Made by a program: the position numbers and the translations under genes. Positions 1 to 8,420 of a stretch of DNA of 54,747 nucleotides are shown in pieces. The notes under the pieces are model-generated. The model did not search any database. It was not told the DNA's origin and was given only the letters and a program-made list of their open reading frames with translations. Positions within the stretch are counted from its first letter, which is position 1, and each line of letters begins with the position of its first letter. Origin of the DNA: a virus (Duplodnaviria; Caudoviricetes); IMG/VR virus record IMGVR_UViG_3300017910_000157, positions 1 through 54,747 of that record; one strand, given 5' to 3'.

Positions 1-1336
1 CTGATGTAGACCCAATATAAACATTGTTGCTATCAAAGCCTACCTTACCACGGTTTCCCGTTGATGGGCCAATGTCTATGTGTGGACTTGCAGCACCAAG
101 ATGAAGATCAGCATGAACGGTTGTCGTCCCAATTCCCACGTTGCCGCTGCTGTCAATGCGCATACTTTCAGACCAAGTAAGTGATGCGTCTGCTCCACCA
201 CTGTTACTTGCTGCTCTATCAAATGTAATCACTCCAGATGCAAAAGTAATTTTCTCACCAGTGCCGTTTTCCACATATTTCCAAGCACTATTGTAATAGG
301 CATTTTGAGAGATGTGAAAAGAACCAGCGTCATCGTCATTAATTACTGTACGATTTATTGTAAGGCTTTTCCCATTAGATGTAGTCTCTGGCGAAACTCC
401 TATCCCTACATTACCGCTGCTGTCGAGTATCATTTTGTCAACGCCAGAAATTTGAAAATCTATAGCTGTTCCTGCGCTGTTATTAATTTGAGCGTTGCCG
501 CTACCTGTTGGAGCGATATTAATCCGACTATCAATATTGGTTCCAACGGACCTTAATTGCAGTGCATCAGTATACCCAGATGCAGGCTCTAAGGTCAAAG
601 GTGTATTAGAAACGGGCGAAGTCGTCCCGATCCCCACGTTGCCGCTACCATCAATGACTAAATCGTTTCTGCTATCAGTTTCGTTTCGTATAGAAAAACC
701 AGTGTTGCTTGTGCCGGGTATCTGCCCACAAAGACTAAAAACTTCAGAACCTGATCCTTGAGAAGTGAGTCGCAGTTTTGCAGTGCCCGATGCTGGACTT
801 ACTTGGACCTCCCCAGCATTTGTTATGATGTTGCCACCGAAAGTAGCACCTGCATTAAACGTAGCAGCCCCAGCCTCAGACATATCAAGTGTCAATGCTG
901 TAATGGCAGAACCACCATCGTTCCCTTGGAAAATCATATCTTTGTCTGAAGCTGATGATTTAAACGTAAGGTTTTGACTAGCTCCACTAATTTGACCAAA
1001 GCCAACAGTATTGTCATTTAAATAAATGTTGCCATCGTCAGAATCTATTATAATATACCCCGAAGCATCTATCGTAAAATTCGTGCTTATATCAAGTTCG
1101 TTACTATCTATGGTGATGTTATCTACAACCACACCAGCGTTAGCAGTAACAACCCCACCAACGGCAAGAGTGGATGCCATATCTACAGCACCATCTATAT
1201 CCACAACGTCTAAGTTTGTTGTACCATCTACATCCGTATCGCCAGATATGTCTAAGGCACCTGCTGTAATTGTACCCGTCACGTTTGCAGCCGTAGTGCT
1301 TAACGCAACAGCCCTATTTCCAATATATCCTGCCAT
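1..1336 (-). CDS. Tail fibre / receptor-binding protein, truncated at the window start
   Basis: Not in the ORF track. ATG at 1336 overlaps the upstream TGA (TGATG) and the frame is open to position 1. Translation begins MAGYIGNRAVALSTT, carries three SGNVGIG repeats and shares an ANAGVVVDNITID module with the 808-aa fibre. Confidence 0.8.
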   Translation of the reverse strand, partial: MAGYIGNRAVALSTTAANVTGTITAGALDISGDTDVDGTTNLDVVDIDGAVDMASTLAVGGVVTANAGVVVDNITIDSNELDISTNFTIDASGYIIIDSDDGNIYLNDNTVGFGQISGASQNLTFKSSASDKDMIFQGNDGGSAITALTLDMSEAGAATFNAGATFGGNIITNAGEVQVSPASGTAKLRLTSQGSGSEVFSLCGQIPGTSNTGFSIRNETDSRNDLVIDGSGNVGIGTTSPVSNTPLTLEPASGYTDALQLRSVGTNIDSRINIAPTGSGNAQINNSAGTAIDFQISGVDKMILDSSGNVGIGVSPETTSNGKSLTINRTVINDDDAGSFHISQNAYYNSAWKYVENGTGEKITFASGVITFDRAASNSGGADASLTWSESMRIDSSGNVGIGTTTVHADLHLGAASPHIDIGPSTGNRGKVGFDSNNVYIGSTS

Positions 1337-1644
1337 CAGGTTTGCTCCAGAACAGACACAATTGCATCTACAGATGACGCAGTATTAGAAGTAACGACAA
1401 TAGTTTCCGCCGCCTCTGCAATCATTTTACCATCTAGCACAGACAAAGCCGACCCGCCGGGTATAGGCGCGTCCTTCACAACAAACGTTGAAGAAAGTTG
1501 CACATCTACAAGTATTTGGCTACCCGTCCTATTCGCCAGATTAAGACCAATAATTACGGCTGTTGTCGATCCCGGAACCGTGTAAACAGTAGATGCGCTA
1601 GTCCCTATCGACGCTGTATGATAATTCTTAAACGTATTTGCCAT
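1336..1644 (-). CDS. Small virion structural protein (tail-associated)
   Basis: 102 aa, beta-rich, MANTFKN start, lies in the tail gene cluster. Confidence 0.6.
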   Translation of the reverse strand: MANTFKNYHTASIGTSASTVYTVPGSTTAVIIGLNLANRTGSQILVDVQLSSTFVVKDAPIPGGSALSVLDGKMIAEAAETIVVTSNTASSVDAIVSVLEQT

Positions 1645-1647
1645 GTC

Positions 1648-2100
1648 TTATCCTAACGCAATCGCTAACGCCAAAGCAGTTCCCGCTCGATCTACATCCA
1701 AATTATTTCTAGCTGCTGATGCAGAAGACGCCCCCGTGCCACCATCTGATACAGCAAGATCTACGATCCCTGATATATTGCCCCCTGTAATCGCCACGTT
1801 GCTTGTGAGATCAGCCGCCACCGCCGTTATAAAAACAATAGCTGTGCCAGAAAGATTTATTGCATTGTCAGAGTTTGAACTCTCAGAAACACTGCGGGTA
1901 AGCGTAGTACCAGAGGCTGTAAAAACTCCTGTGCCTATTTCAAAGTTCGCCGCATCTTCAATACAATACTGCACTGTTTGACCATCAGTCACACCCGCCT
2001 CAGTGAACGTTTGAAACCCACCAAGAGCAGATCCCAACGTAATAGTCCCCGTCCCCGTGGTCGCGGTTGTCATCTTAGCTCTGTTGACGAGGACCGCCAT
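1648..2100 (-). CDS. Tail-fibre-related structural protein
   Basis: TTATTGTGTITL N-terminus, LAVSDGGTGASSASAARNNL fibre motif, C-terminal ALAIALG. Confidence 0.65.
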   Translation of the reverse strand: MAVLVNRAKMTTATTGTGTITLGSALGGFQTFTEAGVTDGQTVQYCIEDAANFEIGTGVFTASGTTLTRSVSESSNSDNAINLSGTAIVFITAVAADLTSNVAITGGNISGIVDLAVSDGGTGASSASAARNNLDVDRAGTALALAIALG

Positions 2101-2102
2101 AA

Positions 2103-2561
2103 TTACGCAATCCTAATGATTGCAGCACTTGAGCTTGCTGTAGGAAACTGGATAGTAAAATCACCATTCGATGATGTTTTGTCAGAACCAAAATCAAGAA
2201 TAACACACGCTGGGTTTGTAAGAGAGCTACCAGATTCATCATTAGCACTTGGAGTGCTGTTATAAATCATTGCACCCCTCGCTGTAATACTAGAACTACT
2301 GAAGGTTAAATCTGCAAAATCTGTAAATGCGGTTGTGCTACTTGTTGCTGGCGCGACTCCTGTAAGGGTGCCACCACCAGAGCTATATCCTGTCCCAGAA
2401 ACTTCGTTTGAGGTAGTAAAAGCTGTTGATGCAGCGTCAAGAGATGCACTGCTTGTATACAACGCCAACTTAAACGTATCTGCTGAATTTGTTCCGAACC
2501 TATGCACTCCTAACAGAAGCTCTTTCTTGAAAGAAGTACACATTGCCTGTGTAATTGCCAT
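2103..2561 (-). CDS. Virion structural protein
   Basis: MAITQAMCTSFKKELL...FKLALY; Ser/Thr-rich family commonly found in phage tail modules. Confidence 0.65.
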   Translation of the reverse strand: MAITQAMCTSFKKELLLGVHRFGTNSADTFKLALYTSSASLDAASTAFTTSNEVSGTGYSSGGGTLTGVAPATSSTTAFTDFADLTFSSSSITARGAMIYNSTPSANDESGSSLTNPACVILDFGSDKTSSNGDFTIQFPTASSSAAIIRIA

Positions 2562-2562
2562 G

Positions 2563-2847
2563 CTAAATTCTCCTTATGGCTTCTGCTAGACTGGGTTGCC
2601 CAGCATCCTTGATTGCATTGTATACCGTAGTTCTGTCACTTTTTATAGCCTCTTTCATGTAAAGAGTTATAACCTGTTGAACAGCATCACGATACGCTAT
2701 TGCCTGATCTCTCAATGCGGGGTGTGCATTTTCAGAAACTTCTACAATTTTTTCAACACAACGTGCGGCAACCTCTTCTGGTGTTTGACCTCTGTTTTGT
2801 GTCGTTATGACAGAGACAGTGGGTACGCTCATATGTGCTTCAAACAT
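2563..2847 (-). CDS. Hypothetical phage protein
   Basis: 94-aa ORF tightly coupled to its neighbours. Confidence 0.6.
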   Translation of the reverse strand: MFEAHMSVPTVSVITTQNRGQTPEEVAARCVEKIVEVSENAHPALRDQAIAYRDAVQQVITLYMKEAIKSDRTTVYNAIKDAGQPSLAEAIRRI

Positions 2848-3497
2848 TATGCTGCCTGTTCTTTGTATGTATCAGTTTTAAGCTTAACACCTAAAGACGC
2901 CATCTCTCTCAAGGACTCCATATATCTTTGAGAATACATTTGAAATATCTGAGAGTCGCCTTTCATAAAAGTATACGCCTCTAACAAACATCCATATAAA
3001 AGCGTAGTTTCTGCGTTGTCTCCAAGCCAAGATGTCGTTGATGTAATAATAGAAGGTGGGTCGTAATAGTAATGAAGCTCTATGGTATAATTTGAATCTG
3101 GTGTCGGACCTAATATAAAATGACCGTTAGATGTCTCAGATCCACCTGAATACGTGTCACCATCAAAGATACCATAATACTTTGGAAGACCTGTCGTTGA
3201 CGCAGATGGATATGCCTCTCTAATAAAATTTACCTCTTTATCTAAAAGATAACTATAATTGCTACTTCCATCTAAAACAGCCAAGGAGAATACAGATAAA
3301 AAGTCTGTTGGCCTAGCTAAATATGGAGTGCCAGAAGATACAGTACCCGTCACATTTTTTCTAAGTTCAGGTATTAATACAGATCTATATATACGCTCTT
3401 CTGCTTGTCGAATAAAATCATTTATATTAGCTACGAAAGTTGTTTCCGTATTCTCAGTGTATTCTTTTATAAGGTCAGTTAATTCAGAATAGTTCAT
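2847..3497 (-). CDS. Head-tail adaptor / tail tubular protein-like
   Basis: Helical N-terminus (FIRQAEERI), G.PKYY and LGPTPD motifs, and LLYGCLLEA, as in podovirus adaptors. Confidence 0.6.
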   Translation of the reverse strand: MNYSELTDLIKEYTENTETTFVANINDFIRQAEERIYRSVLIPELRKNVTGTVSSGTPYLARPTDFLSVFSLAVLDGSSNYSYLLDKEVNFIREAYPSASTTGLPKYYGIFDGDTYSGGSETSNGHFILGPTPDSNYTIELHYYYDPPSIITSTTSWLGDNAETTLLYGCLLEAYTFMKGDSQIFQMYSQRYMESLREMASLGVKLKTDTYKEQAA

Positions 3498-3505
3498 TTG
3501 AACTT

Positions 3506-4180
3506 TTATTCCTCTTGATAGAGATTGTCGAATATTCGATTAACATCGAGTGTATAATCTAAATCAGATTTTGAATAGTGTATATGTTGAGATGGCTTGA
3601 AATCTGGCGCTCCTGACCCTGTTTCAAACCATGCTGGATGAGTCACCCTCACGCGATTGTTTGGCAAAGCAATAATATTACCCGTCCATTCTCCAGCATC
3701 TAATAGTTGCATCACATGGCTTTGTTTATGCTGCGCTGGATCATCAGCGATTTCACTTTCAGAATAGTCCACAGTAAATAGATACTTTGCTGGATACATC
3801 TCTCCATCTATCTTAGCTAACCAAGGGCAAGGTGTTGCCCTGTCAAGGATGTACACGGCATGTGTATAAGAAGAGCAGTCCCACGGTTGTGCATCATGCA
3901 CTGCCATTGGAGTGGGCCACTCCTCATACGGCTCATCTGCTACTAACGCAGTTATAGGCATTCTCGCCCACATTGCACCGCCGTGTACATTCTCTTCTCC
4001 TTCATCATCAACCTCACAACCCGTAAAGATAACTTGAAAACTCAAGCATCTGTTTGGCATTGTTGTAACCGCTATCGCCATCGCATGAAGAAACTCACCG
4101 TGATAGGCTTCGTGGTTACATGTATACTCGCGTCTAACCCAGCACTTAAAGTGCGGGATATTACTTTGTAGATAAGGCAT
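3506..4180 (-). CDS. Conserved phage protein of unknown function (Cys/His/Trp-rich)
   Basis: 224 aa with GAMWARMP, QPWDC, QHKQSH and PNNRV motifs. Confidence 0.7.
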   Translation of the reverse strand: MPYLQSNIPHFKCWVRREYTCNHEAYHGEFLHAMAIAVTTMPNRCLSFQVIFTGCEVDDEGEENVHGGAMWARMPITALVADEPYEEWPTPMAVHDAQPWDCSSYTHAVYILDRATPCPWLAKIDGEMYPAKYLFTVDYSESEIADDPAQHKQSHVMQLLDAGEWTGNIIALPNNRVRVTHPAWFETGSGAPDFKPSQHIHYSKSDLDYTLDVNRIFDNLYQEE

Positions 4181-4201
4181 AGTTACTTCCCTAAACTAGA
4201 C

Positions 4202-4612
4202 TTATGCTGATCTTGAGAATCTTTTTCCTCTTGTTGCTGCGCCACCACCACGCATAACGCCACCTTTAGCCATCATTTTTTTCTTCATTTTTCCACCAGC
4301 CATCTTCTTGGTAGCGCCGCCTTTAGCCATGCCTTTCTTTTTCATTTTACCGCCGTACATCTTTTTAACGGTGCCACCTTTTTTCATTTTTCCTTTACCG
4401 TCAGCGGCAAAAGCTGGAATCATTTTTCCATCTTTTCCTTTGACCATTGGCATCTTACCGCCTTTAGCCATACCTTTCTTTTTCATCATGCCGCCGCCCA
4501 TCTTTTTAGCAGCACCGCCTTTCTTCATAGCCACAGGCTTTTTCTTCATAGCACCGCCGCCCATCTTTTTGGTGACGCCGCCCTTTTTGTAACCTTTCTT
4601 CTTCATAGCCAT
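4202..4612 (-). CDS. Lys/Met/Gly-rich basic repeat protein, possible DNA-condensing core protein
   Basis: GGAG RBS upstream; about 10 KKMxxGG-type repeats. Confidence 0.65.
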   Translation of the reverse strand: MAMKKKGYKKGGVTKKMGGGAMKKKPVAMKKGGAAKKMGGGMMKKKGMAKGGKMPMVKGKDGKMIPAFAADGKGKMKKGGTVKKMYGGKMKKKGMAKGGATKKMAGGKMKKKMMAKGGVMRGGGAATRGKRFSRSA

Positions 4613-4621
4613 ATTAATCTC

Positions 4622-5419
4622 CTATGGTGTGTTGGCTTGACCACCCATACCTGAGTGATTTGTACAATAATAGTACAGTGTGGGCGCACCACTTGCTACT
4701 GTGATTTGCGTGTATGCACCTGAGTTGCCCGGAGTTCCTACAGTTGTAACCCCGGTTGTGTATTCTGATCCACCACCATGTGTGCCATCAGATGTTGTAG
4801 AGAGTCTCAAAGGATGACCACTATTACTTGAATCTGATTGATCAAATCTGTAAGTGCTTCCCTCATTTAGATTAACAGTTGCTTGGCGACTTCCACCAAT
4901 GTAATATTTGTTAGCACCATAGTATGATGCAACCGTAACCGTAAAAGAGCCAATTACTGGGGAAGTAATCGCAACAGTTCCCAAAGAACCTGTAGCTGAC
5001 GTACCAGAAATTGATATACTCACATTAGGTGCCACAGCAGTGGCTGACCCAACAGAACCTGTAGCATTAACTCCTGTTAAAGTCACGGTAGAAGAAGAAG
5101 CAGAGCCAGTGGCTATAACAGATCCTACCTGACCTAACATGGGATTTAAAAAATCAACTGGAGGAAAAACACCGTTTCCTACAGGAACAAATACTTCTCT
5201 AAGGGTTGGGTCTGGTCTAGGATTTCTTAAAGATTGAGGATCAAATATTTTAACTCTACCTAGAAAATTTTGAGGATGGTCGGGATCAACAACATCTCGA
5301 CCAACAAGAAGACCTGTCTTTACTCCATTTTTATATTCAGGAACTAAATCTTTTAAAGGATATCTAAATCCTGTTCTGTCACAAAAACCAAAAGCATATT
5401 TGCCTCTTGCGTAACTCAT
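4622..5419 (-). CDS. Virion protein with C-terminal cupredoxin-like domain
   Basis: N-terminal CDRTGFRY virion motif, Ser/Thr/Gly linker, C-terminal HP...YYYCTNHSGMG. Confidence 0.6.
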   Translation of the reverse strand: MSYARGKYAFGFCDRTGFRYPLKDLVPEYKNGVKTGLLVGRDVVDPDHPQNFLGRVKIFDPQSLRNPRPDPTLREVFVPVGNGVFPPVDFLNPMLGQVGSVIATGSASSSTVTLTGVNATGSVGSATAVAPNVSISISGTSATGSLGTVAITSPVIGSFTVTVASYYGANKYYIGGSRQATVNLNEGSTYRFDQSDSSNSGHPLRLSTTSDGTHGGGSEYTTGVTTVGTPGNSGAYTQITVASGAPTLYYYCTNHSGMGGQANTP

Positions 5420-6097
5420 TTAAGCACCTAACATAAATGTGTCATAAGGAACAAACTTAATAGAAGCTGTTTCTTCGTCCTCTCCAGCAGCAAGCTCAAA
5501 TTGAAACTCATACTCTTGTTTAAGAGCAGAAACTCTAGCAGATGCCTCTGGCTTTTTCATTGCAATATAATACGCTAAACCCGCAGCCAAACACGGAACA
5601 AAACGTGGCGGCACAGAAGTTATCGTAGACCCCACACCAGAAGAAAGACCATCTATTCCCTTTAGCCTGTAATAAAATATCGAGTACGAACTGTCTGGCA
5701 CAGGCCATAGAGTTACTTTTGTTTCTGTCGAGAGCCTTTGGACGAAGATTTGCGTTGGCCTGCCTTGGGTGTTTTTATTGGTTTGTTGGGCGTAGGTTGC
5801 GACACTGATTCTTTCGAGGGCTGTGTCGATTTGACTTGTTCCTGTTCCTGTTCGGATTTGATGTTCGATGATGTCGATTGTGTCTGAAGGAAGGGTATAC
5901 GTTGCTGTACCTGCCGTAACAGAGATCGTACCCGATTCAATAGTGAAGAGATTAAGACCACGGTTCTGCCACTCCAATGTTAAAAGGTTAAGGCTACGTC
6001 TAGCTGTTCTAAGATCATAACCTGTACGCATTTCAAGGCCAGCACGTTCATATGCTTCCTCAAATATCTCTGTCATATCAGGTGTTACTACAGCCAT
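5420..6097 (-). CDS. Head-tail connector / tail tubular protein
   Basis: ARRSLNLL..EWQNRG, GRP, LWPVPD and GLAYY motifs; lies downstream of the capsid genes. Confidence 0.65.
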   Translation of the reverse strand: MAVVTPDMTEIFEEAYERAGLEMRTGYDLRTARRSLNLLTLEWQNRGLNLFTIESGTISVTAGTATYTLPSDTIDIIEHQIRTGTGTSQIDTALERISVATYAQQTNKNTQGRPTQIFVQRLSTETKVTLWPVPDSSYSIFYYRLKGIDGLSSGVGSTITSVPPRFVPCLAAGLAYYIAMKKPEASARVSALKQEYEFQFELAAGEDEETASIKFVPYDTFMLGA

Positions 6098-6348
6098 TAT
6101 GTCACCACACTTCTAAATTTTTTGGTTTTCTTTGCAATGTTCTTAGGTTGAGCCACATGCTGCTTACCTGCAGCCTTGCCTTTTCGCTTTGCTCGTGTTG
6201 TGGCTGCATACTCAGCAGGGCTAAGAGACTTAATAGCCGCGCTAGGTAAATACCGCTCACCAGTCTTAGAACTAGGCTTCCCGCTCTTCGTGCGCCATTT
6301 TTGCTTCGTCCAAGATTTAAGGCTTTTTTGAGACTTTTTTAGAGCCAT
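6097..6348 (-). CDS. Basic protein resembling the C-terminal half of DUF5872-type proteins
   Basis: SQKSLKSWTKQKW, ERYLP and GKQHV motifs. Confidence 0.6.
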   Translation of the reverse strand: MALKKSQKSLKSWTKQKWRTKSGKPSSKTGERYLPSAAIKSLSPAEYAATTRAKRKGKAAGKQHVAQPKNIAKKTKKFRSVVT

Positions 6349-6640
6349 GTTTTTTCCTTAAACTTTCTTTAGCTTTTTTAGCTATACGTGCCTGTTCTGT
6401 TTTACCAGCCACTTTGCTTCTTTGCTCCATCACAGTAAGTATCTGTATCTTTCTTGCGTATGGTTTATTAATCTTTTTAACTTTTGCTGCTGTTGCCCTA
6501 GCGTCTGCAGGAGTAGCATACTTTATTCTTACCGTGTCCTTTGGATTTTCATCAGTGTAAAGCCTACGGCCTGAACCCTTTGGTTTTTTTCCTGTTCCTT
6601 TCTCTGGATCTTTCTTTTTTCTTCTCAACCTACTGTCCAC
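6317..6640 (-). CDS. Basic hypothetical protein
   Basis: Lys-rich; RLYTDENPKDTV motif; overlaps both neighbours. Confidence 0.6.
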   Translation of the reverse strand: MDSRLRRKKKDPEKGTGKKPKGSGRRLYTDENPKDTVRIKYATPADARATAAKVKKINKPYARKIQILTVMEQRSKVAGKTEQARIAKKAKESLRKKHGSKKVSKKP

Positions 6641-6897
6641 TACTTATATCCGCCACCCGCTTTTTTATAAGCTGAAGCCAACATTTGCGCTTTTCTTGCT
6701 GACCATTGTCCCGGATTTCCGCCTTTTCCACCAGCTTTTATTCTATTAAACAAACGCTTACGCATACCCGGCTTTGTATAATTGCCAGCCTCGTTTACAC
6801 GACTTTTAGACTTCTTCTTTTTCTTAGTCTTGCCGCCTTTACCCATGCGAATGAGTTCAAGATCTTTTGCATCATCACCAGTGCTATTTAACTGCAT
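6640..6897 (-). CDS. Basic protein resembling the N-terminal half of DUF5872-type proteins
   Basis: GNYTKP...GGKGG.PGQWSARKAQML...YKKAGGGY. Confidence 0.65.
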   Translation of the reverse strand: MQLNSTGDDAKDLELIRMGKGGKTKKKKKSKSRVNEAGNYTKPGMRKRLFNRIKAGGKGGNPGQWSARKAQMLASAYKKAGGGYK

Positions 6898-7069
6898 ACA
6901 ACCTCTCCAACTCTAACTTTATTGCTTCTATCTGAACAGCCATAACCTCTGTTCGTTTATCCACAGCAATAAGTGTTTCGGTGGTCCAGCTTGCCCAACT
7001 ATAAGACACAGCGCCAACAACCCCAACTACTGTAGTTATAATTGCCATTGTTACTTTTTTATCTAACAT
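6884..7069 (-). CDS. Small single-pass membrane protein with coiled coil
   Basis: Hydrophobic segment AIITTVVGVVGAVSY followed by a heptad-like tail; ATG at 7069. Confidence 0.55.
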   Translation of the reverse strand: MLDKKVTMAIITTVVGVVGAVSYSWASWTTETLIAVDKRTEVMAVQIEAIKLELERLYAVK

Positions 7070-7353
7070 TTCCAACGCTTCCTTGCTTGTCTCAAACGAG
7101 AATTAGGATCTTTAGCGGCCTTGGGAAACTTCTTCATCTGCCCAGCAGAACGAGCGCAAAAAGACTTACGCCTCTTTGCGTCCTTACTTCCCTTTTTTAC
7201 TTTTCCTGTAACCGCTGTCTTTAATTTGGAACCGGGGTTATCTCTACGATATTTAGCCACACCTTTAGCAGTCATACCCGCACCTGATTTAGTAGGGCGC
7301 TTATGACCACCTTTTATGGTGTGGCCTTTCATTGATCCCTTTTTAGCAGCCAT
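7063..7353 (-). CDS. Basic hypothetical protein (DUF6321-like)
   Basis: GMTAKG...NPGSKL...RRKSFCAR...SRLRQARKRWKC. Confidence 0.6.
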   Translation of the reverse strand: MAAKKGSMKGHTIKGGHKRPTKSGAGMTAKGVAKYRRDNPGSKLKTAVTGKVKKGSKDAKRRKSFCARSAGQMKKFPKAAKDPNSRLRQARKRWKC

Positions 7354-7360
7354 AGATCAC

Positions 7361-7639
7361 CTATGATAAGAAGACGGTGACGCCCTCACACGCAGTCAGG
7401 TCGAGGTACACATCAGTTGTAAACAATATACCATTATCTGGGATATTGACTGAATGCACGTTTGATGTCGTGAAAGTTAATGACAAAAGCGTTGTTCCAC
7501 CTGAGCCACCATCTTTCAAAACAACTGCTGGACTGCCAGACCCTGATGTATGAACTTGAATCTGACGAACCCGTGCGCGACCTGCGAATACAGTTGCATC
7601 AGCGGTTTTCGTGACAGCAAAAATATCTGACTGAGACAT
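7361..7639 (-). CDS. Small virion structural protein
   Basis: 92 aa, beta-rich, IPDNGILF motif. Confidence 0.55.
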   Translation of the reverse strand: MSQSDIFAVTKTADATVFAGRARVRQIQVHTSGSGSPAVVLKDGGSGGTTLLSLTFTTSNVHSVNIPDNGILFTTDVYLDLTACEGVTVFLS

Positions 7640-7734
7640 TAGCTATCCTTTTTCTTAGATGGTCTTCCACGTTTTTTAGGGGCTTCTTTAGGTGTTGATT
7701 TTTTTACACCCTTCCCCATGTTCAACTTACCCAT
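7639..7734 (-). CDS. 31-aa basic peptide with AT-hook
   Basis: Not in the ORF track. MGKLNMGKGVKKSTPKEAPKKRGRPSKKKDS; AGGTG RBS; fills the gap and its stop overlaps the next ATG. Confidence 0.55.
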   Translation of the reverse strand: MGKLNMGKGVKKSTPKEAPKKRGRPSKKKDS

Positions 7735-7741
7735 GCATCAC

Positions 7742-8224
7742 CTATGAAACCGCTGCGCTAAACGGAGTAGCTTCTGTTCCCGTAGCTGATTGATTGATCA
7801 AAACACGATACACGTTTGATGCAACATCTTGCAGTTCAACTTGACCACCAAGTATGCCACCTGTTGTGGTGCCATCTAAAGTAATTGTATCTGAAGCTGC
7901 TGCTGTCTCAAAAATAGAAGCGGTGTTGTCACTGTCATTTGCCACAACTGCAATACCAGCCATCGTATCATTTGCATTAGCAACTTGGATTTTGTAACTA
8001 TTTGAGGTTACCGTTGTTTGTACGAAAAACTTGTAGGTATTACCCGTGCCAGAAGCGGCAGGTAAAGTACAAGTAGCCCCAGACGCTATATTTAGATTCA
8101 TGGTGCGACCAGCATGTGAAGCTGCTGTTATAGTTGTGTCAGCCGCAATCGAAACAATAGACCCTGAACCGCTAATAAAACCAGCAGTAGACGTAACTGG
8201 ACCTGAAAAAGTAGTAGAAGCCAT
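7742..8224 (-). CDS. Virion structural protein (possible head decoration/fibre)
   Basis: MASTTFSGPV start, Ala/Thr-rich; first gene after the major capsid gene. Confidence 0.6.
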   Translation of the reverse strand: MASTTFSGPVTSTAGFISGSGSIVSIAADTTITAASHAGRTMNLNIASGATCTLPAASGTGNTYKFFVQTTVTSNSYKIQVANANDTMAGIAVVANDSDNTASIFETAAASDTITLDGTTTGGILGGQVELQDVASNVYRVLINQSATGTEATPFSAAVS

Positions 8225-8231
8225 ATAAACA

Positions 8232-8312
8232 CCCTTTGCACAAGGCTTCGCCTTACAGTCTGTGCAACGTCAGGTGGGGAGTATCCTGTCTGCAAGGCTC
8301 ATGTGATCCCCA
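8232..8312 (-). ncRNA. Pseudoknotted RNA element, candidate Mu-gpT-DE motif
   Basis: Pairings GCCUUGCAG/CUGUAAGGC, UUGCACA/UGUGCAA, CAGG/CCUG and GGGGA/UCCCC; lies downstream of a gpT-like capsid gene. Confidence 0.55.
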
Positions 8313-8333
8313 AAAACACAATAACATAGTTTA

Positions 8334-8366
8334 TAAAAAAAGAAAGGGGCAACTTGCGTTGCCCCA
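8334..8366 (-). terminator. Rho-independent terminator after the major capsid gene
   Basis: GGGGCAAC-GCAA-GTTGCCCC followed by a U-rich tract on the minus strand. A second hairpin (AGGATACTGG/CCAGTATCCT) lies at 8379-8406. Confidence 0.85.
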
Positions 8367-8420
8367 ATCCAACAGGGGAGGATACTGGCGTGTCAACCAG
8401 TATCCTTAATCTAACATACT

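Noticed and set aside
305-2589. Plus-strand ORFs over the tail genes, and similar shadow ORFs at 39640-46884 and 51252-54473
   Set aside because: Antisense shadows of long minus-strand genes with biased codon usage
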